Source of the DNA: Pseudomonadota bacterium
GTDB taxonomy: Bacteria; Desulfobacterota; Desulfobacteria; Desulfobacterales; RPRI01
DNA: 64,000 nt
Assembly: GCA_043825875.1 (NCBI GenBank)
Contig: JBDRRF010000057.1
Span: 24,240 to 88,239, forward strand
Reading direction: 5' to 3'
Positions 10,189 to 20,154 of the stretch are shown here, piece after piece. The translations under genes were made by a program, and so were the position numbers. The notes under the pieces are model-generated. The model saw nothing but the letters and a program-made list of their open reading frames with translations. It made no database searches and was not told the DNA's origin. How positions within the stretch are numbered: position 1 is the stretch's first letter; every line of letters starts with the position of its first letter.

Positions 10189-12549
10189 ATGGATCAACAG
10201 CAATCACCGTTTGATTTAAAAACAGAGAAACTTCCTGAAATTCTTCCGGTCCTTCCTTTGTTTGATAATTTGCTTTTTCCAAAAATGGCTTTACCTCTTG
10301 TAGTAATGCAGGCAGAATCTATTCAGCTTGTTGACGAGGCAATGTCTACAGACCGCATTATAGGCCTTATTGCCTCCAAAAAACCCGGCACCGAGCCTTA
10401 TAATCCGCAGGAGGATCTTTACACTTTTGGAACAAGTGCCATAATATTACGAATGGCAAAGTCTTATGATAACAGCACCCAGCTTCTTGTCCAGGGACTT
10501 GGAAGATTTAAAGCAATAGAATACATGGAAGGAAAGCCTTATCTTAGAGCAAGGGCAGAATACATACTGGAGAAAGAACCAAAAGGCAAAGAAACACAGG
10601 CTCTTGTCGCAAATATGCTAAGCCTTTTTTCAAGAATAGTTGAGCTTACGCCCGGTTTGCCGAAAGATACTGCAAATATGGCCAAATCGATTCAGGAACC
10701 GGGAATACTGGCCGATATGGTAGCTTCGATTATGAATACAACCTTAGAAGAAAAACAAAAAATAATTGAAACAGAAGATGTACGCAAAAGATTAAAAGAA
10801 GTTACCAGGCAGGCCACACATCATCTTGAAATCCTCGAGCTTGGGAACAAAATACAAACCCAGGTTAAAGGGGATATGGAAAAAGGCCAGAGAGAATATT
10901 ATTTGAGGCAGCAGCTTAAAGCTATAAAAGAAGAACTGGGGGAAAAAGACGATACCAATGTGGAAGTTGAGGAGTACAAAACCAAGGTAAAGGAGAAAAA
11001 TCTGCCTCCCGAAGCGCTTAAAGAAGCCGAGCGTGAATTAAACCGCCTTTCGCGCATGCATCCGTCATCTGCCGAATATACTGTGGCATCAACTTATCTT
11101 GACTGGCTTACAACTCTTCCCTGGAATGAAAGTACAAAAGATAATCTTGATATAAAGAAAGCAAAAAAGGTTTTGGATGAAGACCATTTCGGGCTTGAAA
11201 AGGCAAAAAAGCGTATCATTGAGTTTCTTGCTGTACGAAAATTAAAACCCGAATCAAAAGGACCAATCCTTTGCTTGGCAGGCCCGCCGGGAACAGGCAA
11301 AACATCTCTTGGCAAATCAATAGCAAGAGCGCTTGGACGCAAGTTCATACGCATATCATTAGGAGGTGTCCATGATGAAGCCGAGATCAGGGGACACAGA
11401 CGCACATACGTTGGGGCTCTTCCCGGACGTATTATTCAGGGAATTAGAACCGCCGGCGCAAATAATCCGATTTTCATGCTTGATGAGATAGACAAAGTAG
11501 GAAGCGATTTTCGCGGTGATCCTTCATCAGCACTTCTTGAAGTACTTGATCCTGAACAAAACTTTTCGTTTTCCGATCATTATCTTGATGTTCCTTTTGA
11601 CCTTTCAAAAGTTATGTTTATAACAACGGCAAACGTTCTTCACACAATACCGCCTGCATTAAGAGACAGGATGGAAGTCCTTGAGCTTTTGGGATATACG
11701 GAAGAAGAAAAACTTAAAATAGCTAAGCGCTACCTTATTCCCCGCCAGCGTGAAGCTCACGGTCTTAAATCCGGACATATAGTATTTTCGGACGGAGCAG
11801 TTAAAAAAGTCATCTCCGACTATACGCGTGAAGCAGGCTTGAGAAATCTTGAAAGAGAATTGGCGACAATATGCAGAGGGGTTGCAACCAGCATTGCCGA
11901 TGAATCTGTAAAAAAAGTTGAAATCACGGCACAAAATATATCAAAATATCTTGGACCCGAACGCCGATATCCTGAAGTTCTTACAAGAACAGCCACGCCA
12001 GGAGTTGCTACAGGTCTTGCGTGGACTCAGGCAGGCGGTGAAGTGCTTTTTGTTGAAGCTACTGCCATGAAAGGAAAAAGGGGCCTGATCCTTACAGGTC
12101 AACTCGGCGATGTTATGAAAGAATCTGCTACAGCCGCTTTAAGTTTTATAAGATCAAACGCAAAGCTATTGGATATCGATGAAGAATATTTTGAAAACAA
12201 TGAAATCCATATCCATGTTCCTGCTGGCGCAATACCCAAAGACGGTCCTTCGGCAGGCGTTACAATGCTTACAGCTTTATATTCCCTGCTAAAAAACAAA
12301 CCTATAGAAAAATATCTTGCAATGACCGGTGAAATTACTTTAAGAGGATTGGTGCTCCCTGTGGGAGGAATAAAGGAAAAGGTTCTTGCAGCACACAACA
12401 TTGGAATAAAAACCATCATTTTGCCAAAATGGAATGAAAAAGATCTTTTTGAAGTTCCCAAAAAAGTGCAAAAAGCAATTAAGTTTCACTTTGCAGATAA
12501 AATGATAGATGTTTTAAAAATCGCAATTAAAGATAACAACCTTAAATAG
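10189..12549 (+). CDS. lon: Lon protease
   Basis: GPPGTGKTS, LDEIDK, PKDGPSAG; GGAGG RBS before ATG 10189. Confidence 0.97.
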   Translation: MDQQQSPFDLKTEKLPEILPVLPLFDNLLFPKMALPLVVMQAESIQLVDEAMSTDRIIGLIASKKPGTEPYNPQEDLYTFGTSAIILRMAKSYDNSTQLLVQGLGRFKAIEYMEGKPYLRARAEYILEKEPKGKETQALVANMLSLFSRIVELTPGLPKDTANMAKSIQEPGILADMVASIMNTTLEEKQKIIETEDVRKRLKEVTRQATHHLEILELGNKIQTQVKGDMEKGQREYYLRQQLKAIKEELGEKDDTNVEVEEYKTKVKEKNLPPEALKEAERELNRLSRMHPSSAEYTVASTYLDWLTTLPWNESTKDNLDIKKAKKVLDEDHFGLEKAKKRIIEFLAVRKLKPESKGPILCLAGPPGTGKTSLGKSIARALGRKFIRISLGGVHDEAEIRGHRRTYVGALPGRIIQGIRTAGANNPIFMLDEIDKVGSDFRGDPSSALLEVLDPEQNFSFSDHYLDVPFDLSKVMFITTANVLHTIPPALRDRMEVLELLGYTEEEKLKIAKRYLIPRQREAHGLKSGHIVFSDGAVKKVISDYTREAGLRNLERELATICRGVATSIADESVKKVEITAQNISKYLGPERRYPEVLTRTATPGVATGLAWTQAGGEVLFVEATAMKGKRGLILTGQLGDVMKESATAALSFIRSNAKLLDIDEEYFENNEIHIHVPAGAIPKDGPSAGVTMLTALYSLLKNKPIEKYLAMTGEITLRGLVLPVGGIKEKVLAAHNIGIKTIILPKWNEKDLFEVPKKVQKAIKFHFADKMIDVLKIAIKDNNLK

Positions 12550-12552
12550 AAT

Positions 12553-13329
12553 ATGAATAAAATAATAAATAATCGTAAAGCAATTTTTAGTCTCCTGGTT
12601 TTTGGTCTTTTTCTTATATGCAGCTGTTCAACAGGCAGACAGCCGGTATCGGTGTCTTCAAAATATCCACCAAAAGCTACTTATCCCCCAAAAGCTAATT
12701 ATCCAAAACCCTATAAGGTTTTCGGGAAATGGTATCAGCCTATACCTGATTCAAAAGGCTACCGTGAGCGCGGAATAGCATCCTGGTATGGTAAAGATTT
12801 TCATGGAAAGAAGACATCAAACGGCGAAATTTATAATATGCATGATATGACGGCTGCCCACAAAACCCTTCCCCTCGGAACAATTGTAAAAGTATTGAAT
12901 CTTGATAATAACAAGGAAATAACCTTAAGAATCAATGACAGAGGACCGTTTGTAAACAAACGTATAATAGATCTTTCCTATGAAGCAGCAAAAAGGATCG
13001 GGATAGTAGGTCCGGGCACTTGTTCTGTAGAAGTTGCCGCCATAGGACAGGAAGTTAAATCAGAAACAGACAGGGTGGCTCCGGTTGATTATTACTCTGG
13101 CAATTTTACTTTCCAGGTAGGATCTTATGCAGATAAAAGTAATGCGGAAAGTTTAAAAGCCAAACTCGATGCGAAGTATAAAAACGCTCACATAGCTGTT
13201 TTTAATGACGGAAATAAAATTTTATATAGAGTCCGTGTAGGATTATGTTCAAATCTTGATGATACTGCCAAATACGAAAAAATCCTTGCAGAAGACGGAT
13301 ATGCTGATGTGTTTACAGTTGCTGAATAA
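12553..13329 (+). CDS. rlpA: RlpA lipoprotein with SPOR domain
   Basis: Lipobox Cys, ASWYG, TAAHKTLP, RINDRGP, C-terminal SPOR. Confidence 0.92.
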   Translation: MNKIINNRKAIFSLLVFGLFLICSCSTGRQPVSVSSKYPPKATYPPKANYPKPYKVFGKWYQPIPDSKGYRERGIASWYGKDFHGKKTSNGEIYNMHDMTAAHKTLPLGTIVKVLNLDNNKEITLRINDRGPFVNKRIIDLSYEAAKRIGIVGPGTCSVEVAAIGQEVKSETDRVAPVDYYSGNFTFQVGSYADKSNAESLKAKLDAKYKNAHIAVFNDGNKILYRVRVGLCSNLDDTAKYEKILAEDGYADVFTVAE

Positions 13330-13339
13330 TTCGAATAAT

Positions 13340-13562
13340 TAACTACCAGGCACAAATATGAATTAAGCCGTGAAATAGAACGAATGCTTAGCAGTTTAAT
13401 CAGGAAGTTAAGCGGTAAATAGACAAAAACAGGGAAGAGACAAAGGTAAAGACGTGAAGGTGGTTACAAAAATTTATGATGTATATGTGTCTGGGTCCGA
13501 AAAACGGGCATACAGAAAAAACTTTGTGCCTTTGTGCCTCTGTCCCCATGAACCTGAGTAGT
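13340..13562. mobile_element. Degenerate repeat element carrying a four-helix-bundle 3' remnant
   Basis: Imperfect inverted ends AACTACCAGG / CCTGAGTAGT, CTTTGTGC octamers, start-less frame YELSREIERMLSSLIRKLSGK*. Confidence 0.45.
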
Positions 13563-13575
13563 CAGGTATCAGTTC

Positions 13576-14190
13576 ATGACCAGCAACAATGACAAAACAT
13601 ACATTTTTCTGGACAGAGACGGAGTTATCAATAAAGACTCCCCTGATTATATAAAAAACTGGTCCGAATTTGAGTTTATCCCCGGAAGCATTGAAGCCAT
13701 AAAGATTCTTTCAAATAATGACTATCCTGTAATAATTATTACTAACCAGTCCATGATAAACCGCAAAATCTCAACATTCGATAATCTTGAATTTATTCAT
13801 GTAATGATAAATAAAACTGTGAAGATTGAAGGCGGCAACATTAAAGATATCTTCTTCTGCCCCCATACACCAGAAGAAGAGTGCGAATGCCGGAAACCCA
13901 AGCCCGGGCTTATTGACCAGGCGCAAAAAAAATATGCCATAAATATAGCTAAATCGGTTATGATCGGCGACAGCTCAAAAGATATCGAATGCGCAAGAAA
14001 TGCTGGTTGCGGATATGCAATTCTTGTTAAAACCGGAAATTACAAGCATGCAATGGATTTACTGAAAGAAAAGAATATACTACCTGACTATATTGCAGCA
14101 GATCTTTTTGATGCCGCCGGATGGATAATGAGTGTTGGCGAAAGCCAACAGCAGGATTCAAGGGGTCAAGGGGTCAAGGAGTCAAGTTGA
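13576..14190 (+). CDS. gmhB: Heptose 1,7-bisphosphate phosphatase
   Basis: FLDRDGVIN, ITNQS, CPH...CECRKPKPG, MIGD. Confidence 0.92.
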   Translation: MTSNNDKTYIFLDRDGVINKDSPDYIKNWSEFEFIPGSIEAIKILSNNDYPVIIITNQSMINRKISTFDNLEFIHVMINKTVKIEGGNIKDIFFCPHTPEEECECRKPKPGLIDQAQKKYAINIAKSVMIGDSSKDIECARNAGCGYAILVKTGNYKHAMDLLKEKNILPDYIAADLFDAAGWIMSVGESQQQDSRGQGVKESS

Positions 14191-14243
14191 ATCTCGCTTA
14201 CATCTAAGTCTTGAACCCTCGAATCCTTGAACCCTGGAACCCT
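14154..14243. repeat. Octamer-repeat hairpin (GGRKTCAA)n...(CTTGAACC)n
   Basis: Four octamers per arm in inverted orientation; left arm encodes the gmhB tail. Confidence 0.7.
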
Positions 14244-14298
14244 TTTAACTCAAAACAATTCCGAACAGGACAATAAATTAATGGATAAATATAAATAA

Positions 14299-16488
14299 AT
14301 GATAGATAACGATCATCATTTAACAACCATTGAAGGCTATCTTGAAAATGTCACTTATTTTAATGAAGAAACCCACTATACCATTGCCAAAATCAGAACT
14401 CCTGGCATAGAAAACCCTGTAACAGTTGTTGGTTTTATGGCAGCTGTCAGTCCTGGTGAAACACTAAAAATTGCCGGCAATTGGGAAACCCACCCCAAAT
14501 ACGGAGAGCAGCTTAAAATAAAATCTTTTGAAGTAACTCTTCCTGCAACAGTTGAAGGAATAAAAAAATATTTAGGCTCAGGAATTATCAAAGGGATAGG
14601 ACCTTCGGCTGCCGCAAAACTGGTTAATTGTTTTGGATCATCAACTCTTGAAATTATCGAAAAGCATCCGGAAAGACTTCTTGAAGTATCCGGTATAGGC
14701 AAAGCAAAAGCTGCATCAATAACCGATGCATGGCAAAACCATCATCTTGTAAGAAGCATTATGAATTTTTTGCAGGATATGGGAGTCAAAACTTCATATT
14801 GCAGCAAAATTTTAAAACTTTACGGCGAAGATTCAGTAAAAATTTTAAGCGATAACCCTTATCGCATCGCAGAAGATATTGCCGGAGCCGGTTTTTATAT
14901 TGCTGATGCAATAGCAAAAAAACTTGGCTTTTCACATGATAAACCGGAAAGAATAAGAGCATGTATTCTTCATTTGCTGGCACAGGGCGCAAATGACGGA
15001 CACGTTTTTTTATACGGAAAAAATATTATTGATAAATGCAGAACTGCTTTTGAGATAGGATATGATTACGTAATAGATGAGATAAATTATCTGGCGGAAA
15101 CAGGCGATATTTTCATCGAAAATAATTCCGAATATTTTGAGACCAACGCAGTATATCTTAAGGAATTATATCTTGCAGAAAAGGGCATTGCTGATCGCCT
15201 CATTGCTTATATGTCAATACCGGTGTCTCCTTTTTCCCTGCAATCTGATGAAATTATTCAAAAGGTTCAAAAAAAACTTGCCATAAAACTTTCAGAAGAA
15301 CAACTTAATGTTATCAAAGGAGTATTTTCCCATCGTATAGCTATAATAACCGGAGGACCGGGAACCGGCAAAACAACTCTTATAAGATCGGTTGCCGCAA
15401 TTTTTGACTCGTTCGGTAAACAAGTCAAGCTTGCCGCCCCTACTGGTAGAGCCGCAAGACGCCTTAGCGAAGTTACCGGAAGAAAAGCTCAGACTATTCA
15501 CAGACTCCTTGGTTATAATGCAATCGACGGATATTTTGACAAAGATCAGGATAATCCCTTAGAAGCTGATGCAATAATAATTGATGAGGCATCAATGGTA
15601 GATACTTTTTTGATGTATAGTCTTATCCGTGCGATTCCGGCAAGTTCCGCTCTAATACTTGTAGGTGATATTTTTCAGCTTCCTTCTGTTGGACCGGGAA
15701 ATATTTTATCCGATCTTATATTTTCCGAACAGATCCCTGTTTTTTATTTAAGCAAAATATTCAGACAAGCCAAGGAAAGCCCTATCATAATCAATGCGCA
15801 TAAAGTCCGGCAGGGAGAATCTCCTGTATTCGAGACCCCGGCAGATAGAGGCAGTATTTCCGAGTTTTATTTTATTGAACAAAACAAATCCGACCGCATA
15901 GCTCCTCTCATACTTGAACTATGCAAAAAAACAATCCCGCATTTTTGCGGATTCGATCCGGTAGAAGATATTCAGGTTTTAACTCCCATGCATAAAGGAT
16001 TTGCAGGAACCATATATCTTAACCAGGTATTGCAGAAAGCCTTAAATCCTAGTCCTGTTTTTATTGAAGCTGCGGGAAGCAGGTTCAAGGAGGGCGACAA
16101 GGTGATGCATCTTAAAAACAACTATCAAAAGGAAGTATTTAACGGAGACATAGGATCTATTGTCTCAATAGATGTTAACAAGAAAGAACTTCTGGTAAAT
16201 TACTATTACAGAACAGTCGAATATGCATTTGATGAACTGGACGAACTTACACCAGCATACGCCATATCGGTTCATAAATCCCAGGGTTCCGAATACCCGG
16301 CAGTAATTATTCCGCTTGTAACAGAACACTATATACTCCTTCAAAGAAATCTTCTTTATACCGCAATTACAAGAGGAAGCAGGATAGTAATATTAGTCGG
16401 TTCCAGAAAGGCTTTGGATATCGCATTAAATAATGACAAACCCAGTGAAAGGCTTTCAGGGCTTAGAGACAGACTAAATGGGAGGTAG
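14299..16488 (+). CDS. recD2: RecD2-like SF1B helicase
   Basis: HhH motifs, GGPGTGKT, DEASM, VHKSQGSEY, YTAITR. Confidence 0.93.
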   Translation: MIDNDHHLTTIEGYLENVTYFNEETHYTIAKIRTPGIENPVTVVGFMAAVSPGETLKIAGNWETHPKYGEQLKIKSFEVTLPATVEGIKKYLGSGIIKGIGPSAAAKLVNCFGSSTLEIIEKHPERLLEVSGIGKAKAASITDAWQNHHLVRSIMNFLQDMGVKTSYCSKILKLYGEDSVKILSDNPYRIAEDIAGAGFYIADAIAKKLGFSHDKPERIRACILHLLAQGANDGHVFLYGKNIIDKCRTAFEIGYDYVIDEINYLAETGDIFIENNSEYFETNAVYLKELYLAEKGIADRLIAYMSIPVSPFSLQSDEIIQKVQKKLAIKLSEEQLNVIKGVFSHRIAIITGGPGTGKTTLIRSVAAIFDSFGKQVKLAAPTGRAARRLSEVTGRKAQTIHRLLGYNAIDGYFDKDQDNPLEADAIIIDEASMVDTFLMYSLIRAIPASSALILVGDIFQLPSVGPGNILSDLIFSEQIPVFYLSKIFRQAKESPIIINAHKVRQGESPVFETPADRGSISEFYFIEQNKSDRIAPLILELCKKTIPHFCGFDPVEDIQVLTPMHKGFAGTIYLNQVLQKALNPSPVFIEAAGSRFKEGDKVMHLKNNYQKEVFNGDIGSIVSIDVNKKELLVNYYYRTVEYAFDELDELTPAYAISVHKSQGSEYPAVIIPLVTEHYILLQRNLLYTAITRGSRIVILVGSRKALDIALNNDKPSERLSGLRDRLNGR

Positions 16489-16552
16489 CTCATAAGCTGA
16501 TAAGTTCATAAGCTCATGAGGTTGGAGATTGTGGATTCAAGTAGTATGAGCT
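16487..16552. repeat. Octamer repeat (AGCTCATA)x4 with one inverted copy
   Basis: agctcata agctgata agttcata agctcatg ... tatgagct. Confidence 0.55.
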
Positions 16553-17096
16553 ATAAGATCTTTTTGAAGGTGGCTAAAAATTCTTTTTCATCGGATGTGT
16601 CATCAAAGGTTTTCAGCCATTTTTCTATGTAGCAGATGTCTATGTTAGGATTTTGCAACATTACATTATGCACATCTTCGATATCTCTCGGGCGTCCTGC
16701 AAAAATTTTATGTATAATTAGATCTTCAACTGAAGCGAACCAAACATCCTGATTAAGGATTTTTATTTTTTTTGCTCTTTGGATAGCCTGGGATTCATAA
16801 GGAGTAAAAGAAAATATGAAATCTATCCGGATGCCGGTAACCAAATCCTGAGCAGGCAATACCATAGTTTGGCGAACAAAGGCTGATAGATCTTCCGGGA
16901 GGGGTTTGAGAGAAAGATACTCCACTATAGCAAGAATGGCTTCAAGCCGGTCTATATCAATACCAAGAGTTATATCTATATCGCGTGTTAGGCGTGGCTC
17001 ACCATATAACAAAACAGCTTGGCCACCGATTATCATATAAGGTATTTTGGCTCTTTCGAGAGAAGCACCTAATCGGGCAAGGATTTTGTCAAACAT
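16551..17096 (-). CDS. Nucleotidyltransferase (DUF6036/AbiEii-like fold)
   Basis: IIGGQA, PRLTRDIDI, EDLIIHK...RPRDIED. Confidence 0.8.
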   Translation of the reverse strand: MFDKILARLGASLERAKIPYMIIGGQAVLLYGEPRLTRDIDITLGIDIDRLEAILAIVEYLSLKPLPEDLSAFVRQTMVLPAQDLVTGIRIDFIFSFTPYESQAIQRAKKIKILNQDVWFASVEDLIIHKIFAGRPRDIEDVHNVMLQNPNIDICYIEKWLKTFDDTSDEKEFLATFKKIL

Positions 17097-17290
17097 GTGT
17101 TTAGAATCCGGGATATTCGAATATCAGTCTCGATGCCTGACATAGGGTTAACTGGAGGAAACACTCCAAGCGTTAAGCCTTCTTCCCACATAGCAGTAAA
17201 GATTTTTAGCGACTGTTTATAGCCAATGCGCTTCTGTCCGCTTATAAAATCACGTTCAAATTTTCTGAGTGTTTCCGAATCATTGATCAT
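17069..17290 (-). CDS. Small partner protein overlapping the nucleotidyltransferase (putative antitoxin)
   Basis: MINDSETLRKFERDF...; overlaps the NTase start; GTGACA-17-TATATA just upstream of the ATG. Confidence 0.6.
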   Translation of the reverse strand: MINDSETLRKFERDFISGQKRIGYKQSLKIFTAMWEEGLTLGVFPPVNPMSGIETDIRISRILNTCLTKSLPD

Positions 17291-17340
17291 AATCCATATA
17301 TACCAGACTCTTTCCGGCATGTCACGTGTTAACCTATAGT

Positions 17341-17605
17341 CAATCGTTGAATTAAGAAAAAAACCTTGCAACTTAATCATAACATGTTAAAATAAATCAA
17401 ATTCATCAATAATCAATAAGGAGAATAAAATAATAGGACAATTTTGGTAAATTGACAAAGTTGTCACGGATCATGATTTTCCATAAGTGTGCCAAAACTC
17501 ATTAAGCACCTTGAAAATATTATCGAATCACCTGATTTCCAAGCCCGTCATAAAGAATCTCCAAGTAATTTTATTCGGAATCGCTCGCTTTCTTTTTCAC
17601 CTTAG
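17341..17605 (+). mobile_element. IS4-family left-end remnant with frameshifted transposase N-terminus
   Basis: CAATCGTTGAATTAAG end-like motif; MIFHKCAK/LIKHLENIIESPDFQARHKESPSNFIRNRSLSF* resembles the F-x-R-x-R-x-L-x-F motif of IS4 transposases. Confidence 0.45.
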
Positions 17606-17694
17606 AAAAATGAAATTGGCCATCTCAAAAATTCCTCATAGAAAAGAGGCTACTCACTAATTCCCCCTTAAAGGGGGAATCAGGATGGTAGAGT

Positions 17695-17810
17695 CCTCGA
17701 ATGTTAAAGTTTCTTCCCACACAGCGGTAAAGAGTTTCAGCAACTGTTTGCAAGCAACGGGCTCCGCGTTGCTTATGTAATCGCATCCAAAATTTCTTAG
17801 TTTTTCCGGT
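17695..17810 (-). pseudogene. Degenerate copy of the 17069-17290 gene
   Basis: Colinear DNA similarity to about 17165-17280 (TTCTTCCCACA.AGC.GTAAAGA.TTT.AGC.ACTGTTT). Confidence 0.7.
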
Positions 17811-17816
17811 TAAATT

Positions 17817-18227
17817 TTGTGTTCAGTTATTGCTGTTGATACGAACATTATTGCCTATTTGTATCTTCCAACTGAATATACAAAATATGCTGAAAAGCTT
17901 CTTATTAAAGAACCGGTTTGGTCAGCCCCCTCTCTTTGGAGAAGTGAATTTCGAAACGTGCTTGCACTCTATCTGCGTAAAGACTTTATTACTTTTGAAC
18001 AAGCAATACAAATTCAAACTGAGGCAGAACTGTTAATGGAGGGAAACGAATTTGAACTCAATTCCATTGATATTTTAAAATTGGTTAAAGATAGCTCTTG
18101 CTCTGCTTACGATTGTGAATTTGTTGCACTTGCTCAACAGTTGGAAACCACTCTTGTGACAGCAGATAAAAAAATAATTTCCGAATTTCCCAATACTGCG
18201 ACTTCTATCCAACTCTTTTTAAAATGA
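17817..18227 (+). CDS. PIN-domain VapC-like protein, no antitoxin, doubtful start
   Basis: AVDTNI, LWRSEFRN, SAYDCEFVALA, LVTADKK; only a TTG start with no RBS. Confidence 0.8.
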   Translation: MCSVIAVDTNIIAYLYLPTEYTKYAEKLLIKEPVWSAPSLWRSEFRNVLALYLRKDFITFEQAIQIQTEAELLMEGNEFELNSIDILKLVKDSSCSAYDCEFVALAQQLETTLVTADKKIISEFPNTATSIQLFLK

Positions 18228-18232
18228 AATTG

Positions 18233-18285
18233 AATTCAGATTTTCCGAGTGGCTCCAGATTATCAATCATGATTCATATATACCG
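18233..18285 (-). pseudogene. Second fragment (5' end and -10 region) of the 17069-17290 gene
   Basis: TTCAGATTTTCCGAGTGGCTCCAGATTATCAATCATGATTCATATATACC aligns with about 17255-17305. Confidence 0.6.
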
Positions 18286-18333
18286 CAATCAATCGGGCGT
18301 GTAAGCTTTACTCTATAAATATAAAAAATACCA

Positions 18334-18651
18334 TGTCGGGATTCTTTACATTCTTTTAAATCATCCTTGATCACACCTAACATACTGCAATTAAATTATA
18401 ATAATTATACAGTCTTTAATTCTACATAACTTAATATAAAATATCACACCACATAATAATATTAATAATTCAAAACAGATAACACCTATAGCTATAAAAT
18501 TGCCTTCTATTTTTTCTTTTTCAATGTCGGATTTCTTTACGTTTTCCCAATTCATTGTTTTTCATATACAACTATTTGTATTTAAATAATAATATTTTTA
18601 TTGTGTGTATTTAACCTTAACTTATATAAAAAAATGTCGGATTTCTTTACG
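18334..18651 (+). promoter_or_regulatory. Three TGT-N11-ACR enhancer-type sites
   Basis: TGTCGGGATTCTTTACA 18334-18350; TGTCGGATTTCTTTACG at 18525-18541 and 18635-18651. Confidence 0.75.
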
Positions 18652-18715
18652 ATTTGGCAATGCACCACCACCCTATTATTATATAATATGTTATACAAAC
18701 AGTAAGTTATGTTTA

Positions 18716-18731
18716 TGGCACTATATTTGCT
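18716..18731 (+). promoter_or_regulatory. Sigma-54 -24/-12 promoter
   Basis: TGGCACTATATTTGCT (GG-N10-GC). Confidence 0.85.
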
Positions 18732-18860
18732 TAAACTGATTACGTATAAAATAAGTCAGGTTTTGGAGTTGTAAGGTATGAAAAATTAAGAATAAAGAAA
18801 AATAATGGGTTTTATTTTTACGATTAATATTAACAATAAGGAGAAAAGGAGAAAAAAGAC

Positions 18861-19889
18861 ATGAAGAAATTTTTTTTATTATTAACGGTAATTAGCTTTT
18901 TGTTATTTCCAATGGCGGCAATGGCGGATGATATTTCGCCGGCCAGCTACTCCGACACAATAGGTGTTGGAGAAAGTGTTACGATTGAAAAGACAGTTAC
19001 AGTGTCTGCAGTACCCCCATCAACAGCACCTGTAGACGTATTTTTTCTGGCAGACACCACCGGGAGCATGTATTCTGAGATTGCCGCTGTTGCAAGTGGG
19101 GCATCGGCCATAATGACCGGTACTGCCGGGCTTGGCGATGTGTCGTTTGGTGTAGGTTCATACAGAGATGCGGGTGATGCTTATATTTACAATTTGGAAA
19201 CAGACATCACTAGTGATACTGTTACTGTGCAGGCCGGCATTGATACGTGGACTGCTGCTGGAGGTGGCGACTGGCCAGAAGCAAATTTATTTGCCCTTAC
19301 AGAGGTTGCTGAAACCACATCCTGGAGAGCAGGGTCTACTCGTATCCTTGTCTGGTTTGGAGATGCACCGGGCCATGACCCAAGCGTAAGTGGTGTTACC
19401 GAAGCAGATGCTACTGCAGCTCTTGTGGCTGAAAACATTACAGTGGAAGCCATTGATGTGGGAAGCTTAGATGCTTATGGACAAGCCTCTGCCATTGCAA
19501 CTGCCACAGGCGGTGACTACTATGCAGGAATTAATACTAGCACGATTGTTGCAACAATCAGCGATGCAATTGCATCCGTTATTGCGACATACAGCACTGT
19601 AGGTATTGATCTCTCAGAAGTGCCTACCGGCCTAACTGCCTCTGCAACACCTGATTACACTGGCGATTGGGAACGAGATATGGATCGTGAATTTGTTTTT
19701 ACAATCTCTATTATCGGTGATGCAGCAGGAGATTACACTTTCCCCATTTATGCAACAGTAGATGGTGGACGTGTCGCAATCGAAAAGGATAGAATCATTG
19801 TTGGCGCTGCAGTTCCTGAGCCTGGCACCATGCTGCTTTTGGGACTCGGTTTGTTAGGCCTTGCGGGATTGAGAAGAAAAAATAGCTAA
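18861..19889 (+). CDS. PEP-CTERM surface protein with VWA domain
   Basis: Signal peptide, DTTGSM MIDAS motif, VPEPG-TM-RRKNS C-terminus. Confidence 0.92.
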   Translation: MKKFFLLLTVISFLLFPMAAMADDISPASYSDTIGVGESVTIEKTVTVSAVPPSTAPVDVFFLADTTGSMYSEIAAVASGASAIMTGTAGLGDVSFGVGSYRDAGDAYIYNLETDITSDTVTVQAGIDTWTAAGGGDWPEANLFALTEVAETTSWRAGSTRILVWFGDAPGHDPSVSGVTEADATAALVAENITVEAIDVGSLDAYGQASAIATATGGDYYAGINTSTIVATISDAIASVIATYSTVGIDLSEVPTGLTASATPDYTGDWERDMDREFVFTISIIGDAAGDYTFPIYATVDGGRVAIEKDRIIVGAAVPEPGTMLLLGLGLLGLAGLRRKNS

Positions 19890-19912
19890 TATTTAGATTA
19901 TAGCTTTTAAGT

Positions 19913-19955
19913 AAAACAGGCAGACGGAGAAAATCTTCGCCTGCCTGTTTTTTTT
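19913..19955 (+). terminator. Intrinsic terminator
   Basis: AAAACAGGCAGACG...CGCCTGCCTGTTTTTTTT. Confidence 0.85.
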
Positions 19956-20154
19956 GTATATCTGTTTAATGTTTTTTATTAATAATCATCCTATTATTAT
20001 CAAATATTCGATAGTCACCCTTCCATTAGTTAGCCCCTGTTGTATTTAATTGCAAAAAAGGATGTATTGATATAATTGTATAATTTGTTATTTATTTTGA
20101 TAAGAATTATTTGAAATATTTAAGAAGTAACTCAAAAAGGAGGTTATCAAACAA

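Noticed and set aside
14154..14243. Short repeat arrays as CRISPR
   Set aside because: Units are 7-8 bp, contiguous and inverted, with no spacers or cas genes
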